Assembly: GCF_035084215.1 (NCBI RefSeq)
Contig: NW_027139217.1
Coordinates: forward strand, 124,001-188,000
Direction: 5' to 3'
Length of the DNA stretch: 64,000 nt
From: Heptranchias perlo
Taxonomy: Eukaryota
Position 1 is the stretch's first letter; the number at the start of each line of letters is the position of its first letter. A program made the position numbers and the translations under genes. The notes under the pieces are model-generated. The model was not told the origin of the DNA. It ran no database searches and saw only the letters and a program-made list of their open reading frames with translations. Below are positions 24,601 to 33,700 of this stretch, one piece after another.

Positions 24601-27600
24601 GTTGTGGGTGGGCGGCTTGCAGCAGTGGTAATGTGTGAGGGTGAGAGGAAGCTTCTGATGGGAAGAGTTGAGTACTGCTGGAAAGAGTTTGTTGGTATGT
24701 GGGTGATGGGGGTGTCGTGTGTGGGGCAGTTGGTTGGAGACACCACTTGACAGTTGACCTCACTCACCTTGACCACTCATGTCAGAGCATTGAACTTCTT
24801 CCTGCACTGCGTCCATGTTCGTGATGCTGTGGGCCTGGCATTGACTTCGTCCCCCGCTGCCTTGGGAGCATATATCTGGAGGGCCTCTTGACCCCCCGCG
24901 GATATAGGATGTCCCTCCTTCTGTCCACCTCTTGCACCAAGGCCTCTCGTGCATCATCAGAGAACCTTGGTGCACGCACTCTCACAGGCCTGGTACCAAC
25001 TCAGATCGGCAGATTGGTGAGGTCTGACCTGCAGATTGGAGGATGTGGGATTTAGTAGTGTGCAACCTTTATTCAATGTTTTAACATAACTCAACAGTTT
25101 GTAAACATAGGGAGGGGACCTGTATCTGTGTTTTACGTGTGCGATGTCTGATCTCCGTTCAGACTCTGTCCGAACCCGTATCTTATATTTTGCAAATATC
25201 AGAGTCCCTCAAACGTTGAGCAGCCCAGTTGTTGCTCATTAAAAATTCCACAGTTCCCATCATCATCGTGTTTCACGATATTGCAGCACAGATTCACTTC
25301 ACCATTGACTTCCTCCACTTCCTGCAGACACACTGCACCTTCCCTTTAAGAGGTGCAGGCTGCCTTTAAGTGGTGCGAGCCACTCGTGATATCTGGGCCC
25401 CTGCTGGTGAGCAGCCACTCACAGTGCAGGGAGTGCTGGCTGGACGCAGCAATCAGGTAAATCACCAGGCAGCACGAATGTTACGTTCTTCCCACATCTC
25501 ACCGACCGGGCACGGGTTCATCACGACCCGTGGAAGTGGTTTTCTCGGGCGGACCGAAAACACACCTCTTACTATAAGTTCAGGAACGATCGGGACACTC
25601 GCTGGGAGCACGGGGGGTCCTTTAAATACACAGATTGTGGTCCAGGGGGTCCTTTAAATATATAGATTGAGGTTCGGGGGTCCTTTAAATACACTGATCG
25701 GGGTCCGGGGGTCCTTTAAATACACTGATCGGGGTCCGGTGGGGGGGGTCCTTAAATACCCAGGCCGGGGTCCGGGGGTCCTTGAAATACACTGATCGGG
25801 GTCCGGGGGGTCCTTTAAATACACTGATCGGGGTCCGGGGGATCCTTTAAATACACTGATCGGGGTCCGGGGGGTTCCTTTAAATACACTGATCGGGGTC
25901 CGGGGGGTCCTTTAAATACACAGATCGGGGTCCGGGGATCCTTTAAATACACAGATCGGGGTCCGGGGGTCCTTTAAATACACAGATCGGGGTCCGGGGG
26001 TCCTTTAAATACACTGATCGGGGTCCGGGGATCCTTTAAATACACTGATCGGGGTCCGGGGGGGGGTCCTTAAATACCCAGGCCGGGGTCCAGGGGTCCT
26101 TTAAATACACTGATCGGGCTCCAGGGATCCTTAAAATACACTGATCGGGGTCCGGGGGATCCTTTAAATACACTGATCGGGGTCCGGGGGGTCCTTTAAA
26201 TACACAGATCGTGGTCCGGGGGTACTTTAAATACACTGATCGGGGTCCGGGGGGTCCTTTAAATACACAGATCGTGGTCCGGGGGTCCTTTAAATACACT
26301 GATCGGGGTCCGGGGGGTCCTTTAAATACACTGATCGGGGTCCGGGGGTCGTTTAAATACACTGATCGGGGTCCGGGGTCCTTTAAATACACTGATCGGG
26401 GTCCGGGGGTCCTTTAAATATACTGATCGGGGTCCGGGGGGTCCTTTAAATACACTGATCGGGGTCCGGGGGTCGTTTAAATACACTGATCGGGGTCCGG
26501 GGGTCCTTTAAATACACTGATCGGGGTCCGGGGGGTCCTTTAAATATACTGATCGTGGTCCGGGGGGTCCTTTAAATACACTGATCGGGGTCCGGGGGTC
26601 CTTTAAATACACTGATCGGGGTCCGGGGGGTCCTTTAAATACACTGATCGGGGTCCGGGGGTCCTTTAAATACACTGATCGGGGTCCCGGGGTCCTTTAA
26701 ATACACTGATCGGGGTCCGGGGGTCCTTTAAATACACTGATCGGGGTCCGGGGATCCTTTAAATACACTGATCGGGGTCCGGGGGGTCCTTTAAATACAC
26801 TGATCAGGGTCCGGGGGTCCTTTAAATACACTGGTTGGGGTCCGGGGGTCCTTTAAATACACTGATCGGGGTCCGGGGGTCCTTTAAATACACTGGTTGG
26901 GGTCCGGGGGGTCCTTTAAATACACTGATTGTCTCCGTAACCCATCTGCCCACTTCCCCCCTCCCCCCACCCCCGGCTTCCCAGGTGATTTCCGACTGTG
27001 AGCTGGGTGGTGATGGGATGGTGGACGGGGTCTCGGACTGGGTCTGACTGACCCCCTGTGTTTGATTGACAGGAATCCACATGATCCAGCAGATGACCGG
27101 CTGTGATCTGGGGGATGATGGGATCACCAGTGGGTTCTTTCAGTACGCCTGGGACGGGGAGGATTTCATCAACTTCGACAGGGATCAGATGGTGTGGGTA
27201 ACACCGGTACAGTGGGGAGAGATCACCAAGAACAAGTGGGACCAGGACACGCCCCGGAACCAAGGGGTGAAGGGATACCTGGAGGGGGAGTGCATCGAGT
27301 GGCTGAGGAAATACCTGGAGTACGGAGAGAGGGAACTGAGGGCCGGTGAGTGAGGGGGGAGTGAGAGTCGGTGAGTGAGGGGGGACTGAGAGTCGGTGAG
27401 TGAGGGGGGGAGTGAGAGTCAGTGAATGAGGGGGGACTGAGAGTCGGTGAGTGAAGGGGGGGACTGAGAGTCGGTGAGTGAGGGGGGAGTGAGAGTCGGT
27501 GAGTGAGGGGAGGAGTGAGAGTCGGTGAGTGAGGGGAGGAGTGAGAGTCGGGGAGTGAGGGGAGGAGTGAGAGTCAGTGAATGAGGGGGGACTGAGAGTT

Positions 27601-30600
27601 GGTGAGTGAAGGGGGGACTGAGAGTCGGTGGGTGAGGGGGGGAGTGAGAGTCAGTGAATGAGGGGGGACTGAGAGTCGGTGAGTGAAGGGGGGGACTGAG
27701 AGTCGGTGAGTGAGGGGGGAGTGAGAGTCGGTGAGTGAGGGGACGAGTGAGAGTCGGTGAGTGGGGGGGGGGAGTGAGAGTCGGTGAGTGAGGGGGGGAG
27801 TGAGAGTCGGTGAGTGATGGGACGAGTGAGAGTCGGTGAGTGAGGGGAGGAGTGAGAGTCGGTGAGTGAGGGGAGGAGTGAGAGTCGGGGAGTGAGGGGA
27901 GGAGTGAGAGTCGGTGAGTGAGGGGGGGAGTGAGAGTCGGTGAGTGAGGGGAGGAGTGAGAGTCGGGGAGTGAGGGGAGGAGTGAGAGTCGGTGAGTGAG
28001 GGGGGGGAGTGAGAGTCGGGGAGTGAGGGAGGGGACAGAGTCGGTGAGTGAGGGGGGAGTGAGAGTCGGTGAGTGATGGGACGAGTGAGAGTCGGGGAGT
28101 GAAGGGAGGAGTGAGAGTCGGTGAGTGAAGGGGGGGACTGAGAGTCGGTGAGTGATGGGACGAGTGAGAGTCGGTGAGTGAGGGGAGGAGTGAGAGTCGG
28201 TGAGTGAGGGGAGGAGTGAGAGTCGGGGAGTGAGGGGAGGAGTGAGAGTCGGTGAGTGAGGGGGGGAGTGAGTCGGTGAGTGAGGGGAGGAGTGAGAGTC
28301 GGGGAGTGAGGGGAGGAGTGAGAGTCGGTGAGTGAGGGGGGGGAGTGAGAGTCGGGGAGTGAGGGGGGAGTGAGAGTCGGTGAGTGATGGGACGAGTGAG
28401 AGTCGGTGAGTGAGGGGAGGAGTGAGAGTCGGTGAGTGAGGGGAGGAGTGAGAGTCGGGGAGTGAGGGGAGGAGTGAGAGTCGGTGAGTGAGGGGGGGAG
28501 TGAGAGTCGGTGAGTGAGGGGAGGAGTGAGAGTCGGGGAGTGAGGGGAGGAGTGAGAGTCGGTGAGTGAGGGGGGGAGTGAGAGTCGGGGAGTGAGGGAG
28601 GGGACTGAGAGTCGGTGAGTGAGGGGGGAGTGAGAGTCGGTGAGTGAGGGGGGGAATGGGGTCTAATCCCCAGTTTAAAGGGGTTTGTCCCGTTCCCTGG
28701 GGTCTAATCCCCAGTTTAAAGGGGTTTGTCCCGTTCCCTGGGGTCTAATCCCCAGTTTAAAGGGGTTTGTCCCGTTCCCTGGGGTCTAATCCCCAGTTTA
28801 AAGGGGTTTGCACCGTTCCCTGTCTCACACTGACTCGGCTCTGATCTGTTTTACTCTCAGTTACTCCCCAAGTGTTTCTTTCTGTGGACAAGGCCTCAGA
28901 CACTAAACCGGCCCAACTCTCCTGCCTGGTCACGGGGTTTTACCCTCGAGATATCGAACTCACCCTCCTGAGAAATGGACGGCCGATCTCAGACACTGAT
29001 TCCACTGGCATCCTGCCCAACCACGATGGCACCTACCAGATCAAGAGATGGGTTGAGATCGGGCCCGAGGACGGAGCCACCTACTCCTGTCAGGTGGATC
29101 ACAGCAGCAAAGCAGGAGTGGAGACCCGAGACTGGGGTAAGAGGATCAGTGAGTGCAGGGGGAGAGTCTGAGGCTGAGGATTAAAGATGTTTCTATTGCC
29201 TCTCCTCATTCTTCCTTCCAAAATACATCACTTCACACTTCTCTGTGTTAAATTTCATCTGCCATGTGTCTGCCCATTTCACCAGTCTGTCTGTGTCCTC
29301 CTGAACTCTGTTACTATCCTCCACATTGTTTACTACATTTCCGAGTTTCATGTCAGCTGCAAACTTTGAAATTATACCCTCTATACCTGTGACGGGGAAA
29401 TTTTATTCAGAAATACAAGAGATTTCCAAACCTGCCTGTCTATAATGAGCAGCACCATATATCTGGGTTACACTGAGTTATTGACTGGCTGGGATCTGTG
29501 TGTCAGGTGAAGGAGGCCGTTAGTCCATTGAACTCCTCAACCTTCCATAGAAAGGCCGTATCACCCATCACTGTACTTCCACCAGCCGACTCTGAGACTG
29601 TGCTGGGGATTCATCACTTGTGGAGGGGACTAGTAATGACTTTGGACTGATGGGTAATTCCAATATCTGCAGACAAGCAACAACTTGTATTTATAAAGTG
29701 CCTTTAATGGAGAGAAACGTCCCAAAGTGCTTCCCAGGAGTGGAATCAAAGCCACGCTGAACTTTCTAACCTCCAACTTGCTCTGATCAGACTGCCCATC
29801 ACATCGCAGACTCGAATCGAACTCAGTCTCAGGCACAGCTTTGGTCTCATTACTTCCTAATCAGCAGCGACTGTCGTTATTCATTTCTCTCCTCCTCCTT
29901 ATTCCCCCCACAGATGGGACGTTCCGAGTGACTCCGGGATCTTCAGAGGGACCGAATCTGGGTTTAATTGTTGGAATTGTTCTTGCTGCCGTCGTCCTGA
30001 TTGCTCTCGTCATTGGTGCCGTTGTCTGGAAGAAGAGAGGTAGGAAATGAGGACAGGATCTGTCCCACACGGGGATGAGCAGGTTCAAATGTTACAGCAC
30101 AAATGGCAGAACATTAGAGACTTCCCATCGACATGTGGGAAACTCCGACACAGTCCAGTGATGGACAGGGACCCGTACAGGGAGTGAAGGGACCGGGGCC
30201 CCGTACGGGGAGTGAAGGGACCGGGGCCCCGTACGGGGAGTGAAGGGACCGGGGCCCCGTACGGGGAGTGAAGGGACCGGGGCCCCGTACGGGGAGTGAA
30301 GGGACCGGGGCCCCGTACGGGGAGTGAAGGGACCGGGGCCCCGTACGGGGAGTGAAGGGACCGGGGCCCCGTACGGGGAGTGAAGGGACCGGGGCCCCGT
30401 ACGGGGAGTGAAGGGACCGGGGCCCCGTACGGGGAGTGAAGGGACCGGGGCCCCGTACGGGGAGTGAAGGGACCGGGGCCCCGTACGGGGAGTGAAGGGA
30501 CTGGGCCTGATTGGGGAGTGAAGGGACCGGGTGAAGAGAGGATATTGTCCGATGCCTGTTTCTCAGTGAGCCTCCTGTGAGTGCCCACAGGGAAATCTGG

Positions 30601-30736
30601 TCATTGCCCCTGTTTCTGGAGTAAGTTTGTGTCGGCGAGGGGCTGTGCTGATCGAGGAGCTGTTTGTAACTGAAGTTCCGTCTGTTTCTGTCTCTTGTAG
30701 GAGGAGAGAAAAAATCTGGTTACAGCCCAGCAAATC
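15621..30736 (+). CDS. MHC class I alpha chain, cartilaginous-fish UAA-like; 6 exons visible, 3' end outside window: join(15621..15669,19040..19300,27073..27345,28861..29136,29914..30039,30701..30736)
   Basis: All GT-AG phase-1 introns; 1021 nt spliced open frame; GSHSLRYF start, NQS glycosylation site at 86, C101-C164, Ig C1 alpha3, TM, GYSPA tail motif. Confidence 0.95.
15670..16365. repeat. 65-bp minisatellite starting exactly at the intron 1 donor, about 10.7 copies
   Basis: Units start at 15670, 15735, 15800 and so on; GTGAGT in copies 1 and 7 (16060), GTGGG in the others. Confidence 0.95.
16465..17304 (-). mobile_element. CR1 ORF2 3' fragment in intron 1
   Basis: FADD remnant, MEFNVGKCEV, QFWAPHLRKD, FFTQRVVGIWNSLP, with frameshifts. 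Confidence 0.9.
17305..17968. repeat. 40-bp minisatellite (CCCAGGCCCCTCTCCCTCAGTCTGTCAGTGGGTGTGTTAC), about 16 copies
   Basis: Direct reading. Confidence 0.95.
17979..18107 (-). mobile_element. Penelope-like element terminal fragment
   Basis: GATGTGGAGATGCCGG..GGACTGGGG..ACAACACCAAG..AGTCCA..AGCTTTCGGAG..CCTTCCTCAGG layout plus the hammerhead motif typical of Penelope terminal repeats. Confidence 0.6.
18066..18106 (-). ncRNA. Minimal type I hammerhead ribozyme-like motif
   Basis: Minus strand AUUUAC-CUGAGGA-A-GGAG(GAAGU)CUCC-GAAA-GC-UU-GUGAAU: stem I 6 bp, stem II 4 bp, palindromic AGCU in place of stem III. Confidence 0.6.
18165..19030. repeat. ~41-bp minisatellite GGGGTTGGTGTTTTGGGGTTCATGCCCTGAT(CT)n, about 21 copies, ending at the exon 2 acceptor
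   Basis: The last unit runs directly into GTGTTTCAG/exon 2. Confidence 0.95.
19040..19300 (+). CDS. MHC class I exon 2, alpha1 domain
   Basis: GSHSLRYFLTAMTPIPGLPQFVAVGYVDEAQFVMYDSERRELIPRRSWMEEREGPENWERKKQLVRGEEQWMKDYIQILLTRTNQSV; 261 nt. Confidence 0.97.
19345..19893. repeat. G-rich degenerate repeat (GGGAGCGGGGTCA-type)
   Basis: Direct reading; dense GGGG runs. Confidence 0.9.
19908..20008 (+). pseudogene. Relic 3' end of a second alpha1 exon plus the start of its intron 2
   Basis: GAT ATT CTG ACG GTC ATG (G) ACT CGG ACC AAC CAG TCG GGC G/GTGAGT, then CGCACTCGGGCT as found after the real exon 2. Confidence 0.85.
20054..22705 (-). mobile_element. Three nested CR1 insertions: A (20054-20120 and 22431-22705) contains B (20121-20487 and 21037-22430), which contains C (20489-21036)
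   Basis: Three separate CR1 tails (ACATAAGA, ATCATAGA, ACATAGGA types); the interrupted halves join into continuous CR1 sequence; RT ORF 21598-22284. Confidence 0.82.
22727..24075. repeat. C-rich ~21-bp minisatellite GTGTCTCTCTATT(C)6-11, about 60 copies
   Basis: Direct reading. Confidence 0.96.
24078..24330 (+). mobile_element. CR1 3' end fragment
   Basis: EVKKHF.TQRV.EVW..NFKSEIDRFL, 3'UTR ending CCTGTTCCTTTGTTCC. Confidence 0.85.
24380..24990 (-). mobile_element. Relic Myb/SANT-like gene of a PIF/Harbinger DNA transposon (two exons)
   Basis: RAPRFSDDAREALVQEVDRRRDILYP..EVNA..RTWTQCRKKFNAL..VVK/GTGAGT, then TTGCAG/EKVVHNRRQ; frameshift and stop present; element ends not identified. Confidence 0.7.
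25611..26929. repeat. ~31-bp minisatellite GGGGTCCGGGGGTCCTTTAAATACACTGATC, about 40 copies
   Basis: Direct reading; ends ~140 nt upstream of exon 3. Confidence 0.95.
27073..27345 (+). CDS. MHC class I exon 3, alpha2 domain
   Basis: GIHMIQQMTGCD..YAWDGEDFI..ITKNKW..YLEGECIEWLRKYLEYG; 273 nt; ACAG acceptor and GTGAGT donor. Confidence 0.97.
27346..28654. repeat. ~25-bp minisatellite GTGAGTGAGGGGGGAGTGAGAGTCG starting at the intron 3 donor, about 50 copies
   Basis: Most units recreate CG/GTGAGT. Confidence 0.95.
28658..28821. repeat. 41-bp repeat, 4 copies, just upstream of the exon 4 acceptor
   Basis: GGGGTCTAATCCCCAGTTTAAAGGGGTTTGTCCCGTTCCCT. Confidence 0.95.
28861..29136 (+). CDS. MHC class I exon 4, alpha3 Ig C1 domain
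   Basis: VTPQVF..LSCLVTGFYPRDI..ILPNHDGTYQ..YSCQVDHSS..W; 276 nt. Confidence 0.97.
29205..29390 (-). mobile_element. Small CR1 RT fragment in intron 4
   Basis: Minus strand ISKFAAD..WADTWQMKFNTEKCEVM. Confidence 0.75.
29675..29745 (-). mobile_element. Probable L2/SINE 3' tail fragment
   Basis: CAACAACTTGTATTTATAAAGTGCCTTT..AAACGTCCCAAAGTGCTT is the reverse complement of a typical L2-type terminus; recognised from memory. Confidence 0.45.
29914..30039 (+). CDS. MHC class I exon 5, connecting peptide and transmembrane segment
   Basis: DGTFRVTPGSSEGPNLGLIVGIVLAAVVLIALVIGAVVWKKR; pyrimidine tract with CAG acceptor, GTAGGA donor. Confidence 0.93.
30172..30530. repeat. 28-bp palindrome-rich minisatellite CCGTACGGGGAGTGAAGGGACCGGGGCC, about 12 copies
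   Basis: Direct reading. Confidence 0.95.
30701..30736 (+). CDS. MHC class I exon 6, cytoplasmic GGEKKSGYSPAN
   Basis: TCTCTTGTAG acceptor, GTAAGT donor, 36 nt, phase 1, YxxA motif as in class I tails. Confidence 0.88.
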
Positions 30737-30759
30737 GTAAGTGTGCAAATAGTGCAAGG

Positions 30760-33700
30760 GTGGGTGTGTCTGTGGGTGTCTCTGTCTGTCTGTGTGTGTC
30801 TCTGTCTGTGTGCGTCTCTGTGTGTGTCTCTCTGTGCATCTTTATCGATGTGTGTGTGTGTGTCCCTCTCTCTCTCTCTCTGAGTGTGTGTCTCTCTCTG
30901 TGTGTCTCTCTCTCTCTCTCTGAGTGTGTGTCTCTTTGTGCCTCTCTCTCTCTTTGTGCCCCTCTCTCTCTGCGTGCGCCTCTCTTTCTCTCTGTGTGCC
31001 TCTCTCTCTCTCTGCGTGCGCCTCTCTTTCTCTCTGTGTGCGCCTCTCTTTCTCTCTGTGTGTGTCTCTCTCTCTCTCTGAGTGTGTGTCTCTTTGTGCC
31101 TCTCTCTCTCTTTGTGCCCCTCTCTCTCTGCGTGCGCCTCTCTTTCTCTCTGTGTGCCTCTCTCTCTCTCTGCGTGCGCCTCTCTTTCTCTCTGTGTGCG
31201 CCTCTCTTTCTCTCTGTGTGTGTCTCTCTCTCTCTCTGAGTGTGTGTCTCTTTGTGCCTCTCTCTCTCTTTGTGCCCCTCTCTCTCTGCGTGCGCCTCTC
31301 TTTCTCTCTGCGTGCGCCTCTCTCTCTCTCTCTGTGTGCGCCTCTCTCTCTCTCTGTGTCCGCCTCTCTTTCTCTCTGTGTGTGCCTCTCTTTCTCTCTG
31401 TGTGCGCCTCTCTTTCTCTCTGTGTGCGCCTCTCTCTCTCTCTGTGTCCGCCTCTCTTTCTCTCTGTGTGTGCCTCTCTTTCTCTCTGCGTGCGCCTCTC
31501 TTTCTCTCTGTGTGCGCCTCTCTTTCTCTCTGTGTGCGCCTCTCTCTCTCTCTCTGTGTCCGCCTCTCTCTCTCTCTGTGTCCGCCTCTCTTTCTCTCTG
31601 TGTGTGCCTCTCTTTCTCTCTGTGTGTGCCTCTCTCTCTCTTTGTGCCCCTCTCTCTCTGCGTGCGCCTCTCTCTCTCTCTGCGTGCCCCTCTCTCTCTG
31701 CGTGCGCCTCTCTCTCTCTCTGCGTGCGCCTCTCTCTCTCTCTGCGTGCGCCTCTCTCTCTCTCTGTGTGCGCCTCTCTCTGTGTGTGCGCCTCTCTTTC
31801 TCTCTGTGTGCGCCTCTCTCTCTCTCTGTGTGCGCCTCTCTCTCTCTCTGTGTGCGCCTCTCTCTCTCTCTGTGTGCGCCTCTCTCTCTCTCTGTGTGCG
31901 CCTCTCTCTCTGTGTGCGCCTCTCTCTCCCTCTGCGTGCGCCTCTCTCTCTCTCTGTATGCGCCTCTCTCTCTCTCTCTGTGTGCGCCTCTCTTTCTCTC
32001 TGTGTGCGCCTCTCTTTCTCTCTGTGTGCGCCTCTCTCTCTCTCTGTGTGCGCCTCTCTTTCTCTCTGTGTGCGCCTCTCTTTCTCTCTGTGTGCCCCTC
32101 TCTTTCTCTCTGTGTGCCCCTCTCTCTCTGTGTGCGCCTCTCTCTCTCTCTGTGTGCGCCTCTCTTTCTCTGTGTGCGCCTCTCTTTCCCTCTGTGTGCG
32201 CCTCTCTCTCTCTTTGTGCCCCTCTCTTTCCCTCTGTGTGCGCCTCTCTCTCTCTGCGTGCGCCTCTTTCTCTGTGTGCGCCTCTCTCTCTCTGTGTGCG
32301 CCTCTCTTTCCCTCTGTGTGCGCCTCTCTCTCTCTTTGTGCCCCTCTCTTTCCCTCTGTGTGCGCCTCTCTCTCTCTGCGTGCGCCTCTTTCTCTGTGTG
32401 CGCCTCTCTCTCTCTGCGTGCGCCTCTCTTTCCCTCTGTGTGCGCCTCTCTCTCTCTCTGCGTGCGCCTCTCTCTCTCTCTGTGTGCGCCTCTCTTTCTC
32501 TCTGTGTGCGCCTCTCTTTCTCTCTGCGTGCGCCTCTCTCTCTCTCTGTGTGCGCCTCTCTCTCTCTCTGTGTGCGCCTCTCTCTCTCTCTGTGTGCGCC
32601 TCTCTCTCTCTCTCTGTGTGCGCCTCTCTCTCTCTCTGTGTGCGCCTCTCTTTCTCTCTGTGTGCGCCTCTCTCTCTCTCTGTGTGCGCCTCTCTCTCTC
32701 TCTGTGTGCGCCTCTCTCTCTCTCTGCGTGCGCCTCTCTTTCTCTCTGCGTGCGCCTCTCTCTCTCTCTCTGCGTGCGCCTCTCTCTCTGCGTGCGCCTC
32801 TCTTTCTCTCTGTGTGCGCCTCTCTCTCTCTCTGCGTGCGCCTCTCTCTCTCTCTGCGCGCGCCTCTCTTTCTCTCTGTGTGCGCCTCTCTTTCTCTCTG
32901 TGTGCGCCTCTCTCTCGCTCTGCGCGCGCCTCTCTTTCTCTCTGTGTGCGCCTCTCTCTCTCTCTGCGCGCGCCTCTCTTTCTCTCTGTGTGCGCCTCTC
33001 TCTCTCTCTGTGTGCGCCTCTCTTTCTCTCTGCGTGCGCCTCTCTCTCTCTCTGCGTGCGCCTTTCTTTCTCTCTGTGTGCGCCTCTCTCTCTCTCTGCG
33101 TGCGCCTCTCTTTCTCTCTGCGTGCGCCTCTCTCTTTCTCTCTGCGTGCGCCTCTCTCTCTCTCTGCGTGCGCCTCTCTCTTTCTCTCTGTGTGCGCCTC
33201 TCTCTCTCTCTGCGTGCGCCTCTCTTTCTCTCTGCGTGCGCCTCTCTCTCTCTCTGTGTGCGCCTCTCTCTCTCTGCGCGCGCCTTTCTTTCTCTCTGTG
33301 TGTGCCTCTCTTTCTCTCTGTGTGCGCCTCTCTCTCTCTCTGCGTGCGCCTCTCTCTCTCTGTGTGCGCCTCTCTTTCTCTCTGCGCGCGCCTCTCTTTC
33401 TCTCTGCGTGCGCCTCTCTTTGTCTCTGCGTGCGCCTCTCTTTGTCTCTGTGTGCCCCTCTCTCTCTCTGTGCGCCTCTCTTTCTCTGCGTGCGCCTCTC
33501 TCTCTCTGTGTGCGCCTCTCTCTCTCTCTGTGTGCGCCTCTCTTTCTCTCTGCTTGTGCCTCTCTCTCTCTGTGTGCGCCTCTCTCTCTGTGTGCGCCTC
33601 TCTCTCTCTGCGTGTGCGTCTCTCTCTCTCTGTGTGCGCCTCTCTTTCTCTCTGTGTGCGCCTCTCTTTCTCTCTGTGTGCGCCTCTCTTTCCCTCTGTG

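Noticed and set aside
15621-30736. Assigning a lineage symbol (UAA, UBA, UDA) or calling it CD1/MR1/class II
   Set aside because: Architecture and residues are clearly class I and UAA-like, but lineage needs a phylogeny that cannot be run here.
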